DNA from: an uncultured delta proteobacterium
GTDB taxonomy: Bacteria; Myxococcota_A; Polyangia; Polyangiales; Polyangiaceae
Direction: 5' to 3'
Assembly (NCBI GenBank): GCA_963850305.1
Contig: CAWKKR010000001.1
Location: 224,001 to 288,000 of the forward strand
DNA length: 64,000 nucleotides
Part shown: piece after piece, positions 57,286 through 64,000 of the stretch
Position numbering within the stretch: position 1 is the stretch's first letter
How the letters are laid out: the number at the start of each line of letters is the position of its first letter
Notes under the pieces: generated by a model
What the model saw: only the letters and a program-made list of their open reading frames with translations
Databases searched by the model: none
Told to the model about the DNA's origin: nothing
Position numbers and translations under genes: made by a program

Positions 57286-59514
57286 TCAGCGCATCGCGGG
57301 AATCGTCCTGATGCGCCTGCGGTAAGCCTTGAACCGGGCAACCAGCGCATCGAGTCGCGGATCGTGGGCGAGATCGTGCATTTCCTTCGGGTCGCGTTCG
57401 AGATCGTAGAAGCCGAGGAGGCGTCCGTTCGTGGCTGTGAGCTTCAGCCATCCGTCGATGAACGCTTGTCGCTCGTCGTTGTAGGGGCCCGCGCTCATGT
57501 CGACGAGCACCGGTCTCGGGATCGGTGCGACGTCCGGGTCGACGATGTCCGGCAGGAGAGAAACCCCCGAAACGAAATCCGCACCAACACCAGAAGGCGG
57601 CGACTGTCGGAAGAGGTCGAGGATCGTGGGGACGAGATCCACGGCGCTCCTCGGTGTTGCGACCCGATGTCCTGGGACTCCCGGGACGTAAATCACCAGA
57701 GGGACGTGGATGAGCTCTTCCCAGAGCTCGTGGCCGTGACGAATGAGGCCATGTTCGCCGAATGCTTCTCCGTGGTCGCTCGTGATGACGATGGCGGTGC
57801 GATCGCGAAAGGGCGCTTTCGAGACGAAGTCGAACAGGCGCCCGAGCTGATGATCGACGAACGCGATTTCGCCGTCGTAAAGATCGCGGCTCTTCGAACC
57901 AAAGTCGAAGTCACGATGCGGCATGTACTCCGCGTGCGGATCCAGGTAGTGCATCCAGAAATAGAAAGGTCGCCCCACGTTCTCCGGCCTTTCCAGCAGA
58001 CGGATCGCCGCATCCGTCAGCTTGTCGCCATTGATGGTGCGATCCCCTTCCATTTGCGGGACCCGCGGCTCAGCCGAGTAATCCGCATCGTCGAAGCCGC
58101 GTCCGAGCCCCGTGGCGGGCTCGAAGTACCAGTGGCCCTGGGCGGTCAGGGTGCGAATCCCCGACCGTTGCAGACGTTGTTGAACGAACGTCTCGTCCTT
58201 CGCAAACCGATCGAAATGGTCGAAGGTGCGATGGGTCTCGCTCGGGTACTTCCCGAGCAGAAGCGGACCCATGCTTTTGCCCGTATACGACGCGAGCGAG
58301 TACGCTCGTTCGAACACGGTGCTGCGACGGGCAAGCGCGTCGATGTTCGGCGAGACGGGACGTGGGTTGCCCGCAAACCCGAGATCGGCGCGCACGGTGT
58401 CGATCGTCACGAGGATCAGGTCGAGACCGTGCGGGAAATGTTCCGCCACCCAATCCGAACGCGTCGCGGGCGCGGCCTTCCGCTCCACGGCGACGGCCAC
58501 GTCGTCCGCACCGGAGCAGTCTTCGTCGATGCCGTTTCCCGGTACGTCGTCGGCACCGGGATGAATCGCCGCGTCGCGATCGTTGCAATCGCCGCCGCCG
58601 AAGAACGGGCTCGCGCCGTCGTGGTCACGATCCGTGACCTTGCGTAGCATCGCGAGGGGGATGGCCGCGAATGGCGCGCCGCGTTCGATCGGTAGAGCCA
58701 CGGCGCGGTCGTCGAGCCCTCGACGGGCGGCTCGGACCGTGAATAGCAGCGGGGTCAACGCCGCGAACGCCAGCAAGCTCCGAAAGCGGACGGTGACGGC
58801 CGCCCCGATCCCCGCCCCGGCCACGAGAACCAGCCCCAGAGCGACACCGCGAAGATCCAGCTCGTCGCGCTTCAGCACGCCGAGGATCCCGAAGAAGCCA
58901 CCGTCGCCGTTCGTCGTCCCGAGGGCGACGCCGAGCGACAGGGCGCCGGCGGCGGCGAGGATCGCCACGACTGCCACCAGGAGCAACATGCGGTCTGCTC
59001 TCTGTGCCACGAGCGCCGTCATCGAGTTCACCGCCGACACGGCCGTCCCCACAATCGCCAGGGTCGCGAACGCGAGCACGGCACCGGCGAATCGCGCGGG
59101 AAGCGCCGCAACGAAAGTTTGGCGCGCGACGTGCGCCACGGCGACGACGGCGAGGAGCGCGGACCACATCACGGCTGCGAGCGTCGCGAAGAGGCGAGCC
59201 CGCGCCTTGGGCTCCCCGAGCGAGACGCGCAGGTCTGCGGGGGATGGCAGGCCGCGCGGAAACGAAAACGAGAACACCGCCCCCATGCCGGCTCCGACGA
59301 GCAATGCGAACGGCGCCACGAGCCCTTCTTCCGCAGTGACGATGGCAAGCCGCGACGTGCTCGGGGAGGCGCCGAGACTCGCATAGTGCCCGTCGAGCAC
59401 CGCGACGATCAACGATGCGGCTGCCGCACCTGCGAGAGCCCCGCAGAAGACCGGGCGCGAAGTCGGCGCGTCCGCTCCTCCTCGGCTCGCGGCGTCAGGA
59501 CCTCCGTCGTGCAT
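57286..59514 (-). CDS. Membrane-anchored sulfatase/alkaline-phosphatase-fold protein with a metal-binding repeat
   Basis: N-terminal TM segments, DRDHDG...DCND...GNGIDEDC, TIDTVRAD, HYLDPH, YDGEI, TSDHGE. Confidence 0.85.
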   Translation of the reverse strand: MHDGGPDAASRGGADAPTSRPVFCGALAGAAAASLIVAVLDGHYASLGASPSTSRLAIVTAEEGLVAPFALLVGAGMGAVFSFSFPRGLPSPADLRVSLGEPKARARLFATLAAVMWSALLAVVAVAHVARQTFVAALPARFAGAVLAFATLAIVGTAVSAVNSMTALVAQRADRMLLLVAVVAILAAAGALSLGVALGTTNGDGGFFGILGVLKRDELDLRGVALGLVLVAGAGIGAAVTVRFRSLLAFAALTPLLFTVRAARRGLDDRAVALPIERGAPFAAIPLAMLRKVTDRDHDGASPFFGGGDCNDRDAAIHPGADDVPGNGIDEDCSGADDVAVAVERKAAPATRSDWVAEHFPHGLDLILVTIDTVRADLGFAGNPRPVSPNIDALARRSTVFERAYSLASYTGKSMGPLLLGKYPSETHRTFDHFDRFAKDETFVQQRLQRSGIRTLTAQGHWYFEPATGLGRGFDDADYSAEPRVPQMEGDRTINGDKLTDAAIRLLERPENVGRPFYFWMHYLDPHAEYMPHRDFDFGSKSRDLYDGEIAFVDHQLGRLFDFVSKAPFRDRTAIVITSDHGEAFGEHGLIRHGHELWEELIHVPLVIYVPGVPGHRVATPRSAVDLVPTILDLFRQSPPSGVGADFVSGVSLLPDIVDPDVAPIPRPVLVDMSAGPYNDERQAFIDGWLKLTATNGRLLGFYDLERDPKEMHDLAHDPRLDALVARFKAYRRRIRTIPAMR

Positions 59515-60460
59515 CGTCGTGGGCAGCGTGCGCGAGCGGGTGGCTACTGTCGTAGACGGCGAGCAGCCCTTCGAGGGACACGTGGGTGTAGCGCTGCGTC
59601 GTCGACAGACTGGTGTGCCCGAGCATCTCCTGGATCGCCCGGAGATCGGCGCCGCCTTCGAGCATGTGGGTCGCGCAGGAATGACGAAGCGCGTGCGGGT
59701 GGAGGTCCGGGCGCCCCACGAGCGCGCCGTACCGATGCACGAGCTTCTGGAGCCAGCGCACGCTCACGCGACGCCCGAGCCTCCCGACGAACAGCGCTTG
59801 GCCGTCGATTGCCTTCGTTCGTGGGTGCGAAAGCTCCGCGCGATGCTCGAGGTACACGGCGACGGCGTCTCTGGCCTTGGAGCCAAGAGGGACGACCCGT
59901 TCCTTCCGCCCCTTGCCGAGCACGCGAACACTCTCGTCTCCGAACGATACGGCGCAGATGTCGAGCGCGACGAGCTCGCTCACCCGAAGACCGCATCCAT
60001 ACAAGAGCTCCAGCATGGCGACGTCGCGGAGCCGGTCCGGGGTCGTACCCAGATCTGGCGACGACGGCGCCTCCATCACTTGACCTGCAGTCTCGGCATT
60101 CAGGAATGCCGGCATCCGCCGCCTGACGCGCGGCGTCCCAACGAGATCCGTGGGACTCTCCGCGAGCCTCCCATTTCGAACCAGATCCCGAAAGAAAGCG
60201 CGCGTGGCGGCGAGTTTCCTTGCGACGCTTGCCGCGGAGCGGTCCTTCGCGAGATCGCCGAGCCAGCCGCGAATGACGAGCTTGGTGACGTCTTTCGGAG
60301 TCGCCGTACCTGACGTGACGCCTCGTGTGAATTCAGCCAGCTGACCGAGATCCCGCAAGTAAGCCTCGACAGTTCGCGGGGATGCACGTCGCTCGAGGAG
60401 CAGGTAGTCGCCGAACTCGGCCACGGCGCGCCCGAGATCGTCCGGTCCTTTCGAGTCCAT
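59495..60460 (-). CDS. xerC: Tyrosine recombinase XerC
   Basis: SPRTVEAY, LELLYGCGLRVSEL, GKGRKERVVP, HPHALRHSCATH, QEMLGH, TTQRYTH. Confidence 0.88.
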   Translation of the reverse strand: MDSKGPDDLGRAVAEFGDYLLLERRASPRTVEAYLRDLGQLAEFTRGVTSGTATPKDVTKLVIRGWLGDLAKDRSAASVARKLAATRAFFRDLVRNGRLAESPTDLVGTPRVRRRMPAFLNAETAGQVMEAPSSPDLGTTPDRLRDVAMLELLYGCGLRVSELVALDICAVSFGDESVRVLGKGRKERVVPLGSKARDAVAVYLEHRAELSHPRTKAIDGQALFVGRLGRRVSVRWLQKLVHRYGALVGRPDLHPHALRHSCATHMLEGGADLRAIQEMLGHTSLSTTQRYTHVSLEGLLAVYDSSHPLAHAAHDDARRRS

Positions 60461-60470
60461 GAGGTCAGCT

Positions 60471-61103
60471 TTACGCCCGGTAGACCGCCCAGGTAAAGCA
60501 AGCGACGCCCGCGAGGGCCACCAACCCCGAAACCGCGAGTCCACGCAGGGAGATGCGACCGGTCCGGGACACCCCCCGAGTCGCAGCCAGACCGAGACCG
60601 CAGGCAAAGAGAGCAAAGCCCGCGGCCATCGCCAAAACCCAGGGCGCGCGGGGCGCCTCGTCTCTAGCAAGCAATCCTGCCGCACGCGAGCGGGCCGCTC
60701 CGTCACCACCAGTTACCGAGAGGCGCGCGAGGTTCGCGTTCGCTCGACCCAGATCGTCCGCACGCGGGGTGTCGAAGTGGCGTGTCTCCAGGGCGGCGGC
60801 GCGCACGGCACCCCACGCCTGGCGCGCGAGGGCGACGTTGCCCGTCGCCTCGGCGCCTTCGGCGATTGCCTCGAGCCGGGCATAAGCCAAGAGGACGTGA
60901 GGGGCTCCCGGCGCGTACAGAACCGCGGCGCGACGCGCGTAGAGGATCGACTCTCGCAGATCGCCCCTGTCGAAGGCCGCGTTGCTCTTGTCGAGCGTCG
61001 CTTCTCCTTCGGCGATGACGTGGGCGGTGAGTGCAGCAAGGGTCAACACGCCGAGCAACAGGCCGAAGGCGGCGCGACGTAACCAGATCCCCGCTGGGCT
61101 CAT
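60471..61103 (-). CDS. Hypothetical membrane protein
   Basis: Three TM segments with a helical soluble part; translationally coupled to the permease. Confidence 0.6.
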   Translation of the reverse strand: MSPAGIWLRRAAFGLLLGVLTLAALTAHVIAEGEATLDKSNAAFDRGDLRESILYARRAAVLYAPGAPHVLLAYARLEAIAEGAEATGNVALARQAWGAVRAAALETRHFDTPRADDLGRANANLARLSVTGGDGAARSRAAGLLARDEAPRAPWVLAMAAGFALFACGLGLAATRGVSRTGRISLRGLAVSGLVALAGVACFTWAVYRA

Positions 61104-62032
61104 AGGAAATCACGACGCCGAAAGACGAGACTCGAGACGGCGAGGAGCCCCGCGCTCCACGCAATCGTCTGTACCATCGCGAGCAGCAGATAATGACCCA
61201 GGGAGACGTCCGCCGCCTCTCCCGTCAGCAGCGTCCTCGGGGGCACGTAGAGCATCAGGTTCGGCACGATCTTCGAAAGGGCGGAGGCGAGGGCGTGAAT
61301 GGTTGGACCGAAATAACGCACTGGAAGTCGGGCGAGGGTGTCGGCAGAACGCCCGACGATGAACACGCCGAAAGTGAAGATCGCGGTGAGAAAAGGCGAC
61401 GAGAATGACGCAAATACGGTCGCGATGCCGGTCACGATGGCCACTTCGCCCATTGCCAGAAGGGCCGCCCCGACGATGACTCGACGATCGTCCACGGCGC
61501 CGTGCGAAACGAACCACCCGAGACACCCTAGTGCGAGCGCCCACGGGATCGGTAGATAAGTGCGGGCCCGCGGCAAACGCCAGGCCAGGGCGACTGCAAT
61601 GGCGACGCTCCCGAACAGAATCCCCAGGACGACCGCGAAGGACGTCCCCGAGATCGCCCCGATCGCCAGGAGCAGCACCGCGGAATTGGCGGCAACGAAC
61701 ACGAGCAACGTGCACAGCGTGCCGAGGTACTTGCCCACGAGATATTCCGTGCGCCGTATTGGTCGAGCCAGGATGGGGAAGATGGTCTTGAGTTCGAGCT
61801 CGCGGTGGAGCGACGTGGCGCCCAGAACGATCGCGACGACGACACCGTAGAGCGAGACGCTCGCCGCTCCGAGATCGCTGACGACGCGCAACGAGCTCCT
61901 GAGTGCAAACTCTCCGACCACCAGGCAATACGCCGCGGTGACGAGCGAGAGGGCGAACAGCCCGTGGAGCACGCGGGCCCGCACCGCCTCACGGTAAGTG
62001 TTCAAAGCGACGACGCCGATGCGAGTGAACAT
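61100..62032 (-). CDS. ABC transporter permease (ABC-2/PilI-like)
   Basis: NTYREAVR, RELELKTI..ILARPIRRTEYLVGKYLG, C-terminal FRRRDF. Confidence 0.85.
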   Translation of the reverse strand: MFTRIGVVALNTYREAVRARVLHGLFALSLVTAAYCLVVGEFALRSSLRVVSDLGAASVSLYGVVVAIVLGATSLHRELELKTIFPILARPIRRTEYLVGKYLGTLCTLLVFVAANSAVLLLAIGAISGTSFAVVLGILFGSVAIAVALAWRLPRARTYLPIPWALALGCLGWFVSHGAVDDRRVIVGAALLAMGEVAIVTGIATVFASFSSPFLTAIFTFGVFIVGRSADTLARLPVRYFGPTIHALASALSKIVPNLMLYVPPRTLLTGEAADVSLGHYLLLAMVQTIAWSAGLLAVSSLVFRRRDFL

Positions 62033-62105
62033 GACGAGCGACCCGGAGATTACCGCGAAATGGGGCTCCGTCGACCTCGCAAAACAGCAAGTGTGTTGCC
62101 GCGCT

Positions 62106-64000
62106 TCACGGCGACACGACGTAAGCGTCGAGCTTCCACGCGCCCGAACTCTGGTCGTATCCGTCGACCTGAATCCAATAATCTCCCGGGGAGAGCGTCA
62201 TGTCCACGTACGGACCATCGCGCACGTAGCCCGCCGAACAACCACCCACCACCTCCGTTCCCGGGCACGTCGTCCCGGAGCGAACATCGATGATGGCCGA
62301 GTACGCGCTCCCCTCGCCGCTCAAGACCACGCGGCGTGTCGAGGCGAGGTGCAGGTGAAGCATCTGATCGGGAGATCCGCCTACCCCGCCGACGTCGCAA
62401 CTCGCCGTGAAGTCATCGGTCGCGTTGGCGGTGTTACCCTCGAACAGGCCTCCTATCGACGGGATCTCCGTCGCGGTGGCGCAGGCGTCCGAGAACGGCA
62501 CCAGCGTGGTTGGCGCGGGCAGTCGCACGAAGGCGGTGACGGTCGTCGGATCGGCGAGCGTCGTTTCGTCGATCACGCGGTACGAGCCCGCGGGGACGTC
62601 GCGTGCAGTCGCGCGAGCGAGGGTCGAGTCGCTCGATGCGCACGCCAGCAGGGGCAAGCTGCAAGCCGCGTCGGCGAGGCTCACCCATCCCTGGTCCGAG
62701 TCCGCGACGGTTTGAATCACCAGCACGTCCGACGCGGACGTCAGGGTGAGCGCGTAAGCCGCGTCGGGGGTGCCGACCGAGCAGCCAAGCTGGATGTCAT
62801 CTACGTGGTCCGCGAGATCGACGACCATCGTCGTATCGGGCGGAAGCGTGGGGGAACCGACGCAGTTCTCATCGGCGGGTGGCGACGTCGGCGGCGCCGT
62901 CTCGAGGAGGACGTCCGTGTCGCTGGGCCCGGTCGACCCGACGTCCACGAAGTACTGCCCCGCGGGAAGTGCCCGCTCGAAGAGCATTGCGTTCGCGCTC
63001 GTGTGACAGTCGATTTCCTCGCCGCAGGTCCCGCCCCGGAGCGAGAGAACCGGGACTCCGTAGTCGTCCTTGGCCGTCGCGAAGAGACGAACGTCGCTCG
63101 GCGCGGTGAGCGTGAAGGTGTAAACGAGGTCGCCATAGATCGGGCCGCAAGCGGTCGCCAGATCCGGCAGAGCAGACGTCAGATCGGCGTCGGCATGTAC
63201 ACCTGGCGTGAGCGGGAGCGCCGTGCCACACGTCTCGTTGGTCGGTGCACTCTCCGGGGCGACATAGTCGACGCTCAACGTCACCGAAGCGGCAGAGTCC
63301 GTGAATAGATAAACGGAATACGACCCCGGCGACAGTCCGCGAAGCCGAAGTCGTGCCACGCCTGCGGCTTCGGACCCGGAGCCGCACGCGAATTCGCTCG
63401 ACGGATCCTCGCACCGGGTCACGGCGGCGAGCGCGAGATTGCCGCTGCCCGCGGCCACCAGGTCGACGTCCGTGACGGCGCCCTCTGGCACGTCAATCGT
63501 GACCACCAGAACCTTGGTTCGAGGGTTCGTCGCGGCGCAGCTCGCAGAATAGTCGAGGCTCGCCCCGACGGGCGACACGACGAACGTGCCGGGGGCCGTC
63601 ACCACGAGCGGGCCGGCGCAGCTGTCGTAGAGTGGCGAGACGCAGGGCTGCTCGTCGATCTGTCCATTGCAGTTGTCGTCGATCCCGTTTCCGCAGATCT
63701 CCTTCGCTTTGCTCGAGACGTTCGGGTTCGCGTCATCGCAATCGCCGCCCCCGGGACAGTTCCCATCGGGATCGCCATCCCCGTCTGCGTCGCGAACAGT
63801 ATGGGTGCACTGGTGCGTCGCTTCGACGCACGCGTCGATGGTGCACGCCGTCCCGTCCGAACACGATACGGCGTCGCCTGGCCGGCACCCTATCCCCGAA
63901 AGACACCGTTCGATGCCGTCGCAATAGATTCCGTCGTCGCAGGCGGCATCGTCCGGCGAGAAATGACAATGTCCCCGGATGGGATCGCACACGTCGTGAG
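62106..64000 (-). CDS. Cys-rich protein with metal-binding repeat and about four PPC-like beta-sandwich domains (5' end outside the window)
   Basis: CDDGIYCDG/CSDGTACTIDAC, DADGDG...EICGNGIDDNC, repeated C...D-x-x-Y-x-(L/F)TL modules, C-terminal YWIQVDGY. Confidence 0.8.
   Translation of the reverse strand, partial: HDVCDPIRGHCHFSPDDAACDDGIYCDGIERCLSGIGCRPGDAVSCSDGTACTIDACVEATHQCTHTVRDADGDGDPDGNCPGGGDCDDANPNVSSKAKEICGNGIDDNCNGQIDEQPCVSPLYDSCAGPLVVTAPGTFVVSPVGASLDYSASCAATNPRTKVLVVTIDVPEGAVTDVDLVAAGSGNLALAAVTRCEDPSSEFACGSGSEAAGVARLRLRGLSPGSYSVYLFTDSAASVTLSVDYVAPESAPTNETCGTALPLTPGVHADADLTSALPDLATACGPIYGDLVYTFTLTAPSDVRLFATAKDDYGVPVLSLRGGTCGEEIDCHTSANAMLFERALPAGQYFVDVGSTGPSDTDVLLETAPPTSPPADENCVGSPTLPPDTTMVVDLADHVDDIQLGCSVGTPDAAYALTLTSASDVLVIQTVADSDQGWVSLADAACSLPLLACASSDSTLARATARDVPAGSYRVIDETTLADPTTVTAFVRLPAPTTLVPFSDACATATEIPSIGGLFEGNTANATDDFTASCDVGGVGGSPDQMLHLHLASTRRVVLSGEGSAYSAIIDVRSGTTCPGTEVVGGCSAGYVRDGPYVDMTLSPGDYWIQVDGYDQSSGAWKLDAYVVSP

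Noticed and set aside
59495..60460. Integrase marking a mobile element
   Set aside because: The sequence is housekeeping XerC-like and embedded in an operon; no att repeats, tRNA or phage genes were seen

Overview
High-GC, gene-dense bacterial chromosomal segment. The gene content (Cys-rich repeat lipoproteins, ECF sigma/FecR cassette, AgmX/TonB-like lipoprotein, HMG-CoA synthase, sigma54 promoter) points to Myxococcota, probably Polyangiaceae-like; this is inference. From left to right: FAD dehydrogenase (partial), tpx, a 1657-aa lipoprotein with 26 Cys-rich repeats, an OmpR-type two-component pair, a MoxR-DUF58-Bat operon, a YhaO/YhaN nuclease-ATPase pair, four tandem GT-C-like membrane proteins followed by HMG-CoA synthase, an ECF sigma/anti-sigma/surface-lipoprotein cassette, yggX, a flippase, a ferredoxin, an ABC-F ATPase, a sigma54-driven CBS plus AgmX-like pair, a MacAB-TolC-type exporter with a LytS/LytTR pair and AlgR-like boxes, DUF1345, a SWIM-SNF2 helicase, DUF190/crcB behind a decayed TetR-ABC operon, a copper-monooxygenase-like lipoprotein, a biotin carrier protein, a Thr-type sulfatase-fold protein, xerC, an ABC permease and a partial Cys-rich protein. 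I found no rRNA, tRNA, CRISPR array or IS. Six genes carry single-base frameshifts, three of them at the same GATCT->GATTCT change, suggesting motif-linked long-read errors. The best candidate for a new system is the GT-C cluster plus HMG-CoA synthase, possibly glycosylating the Cys-rich surface proteins. All family calls come from motif recognition by eye, not database searches.
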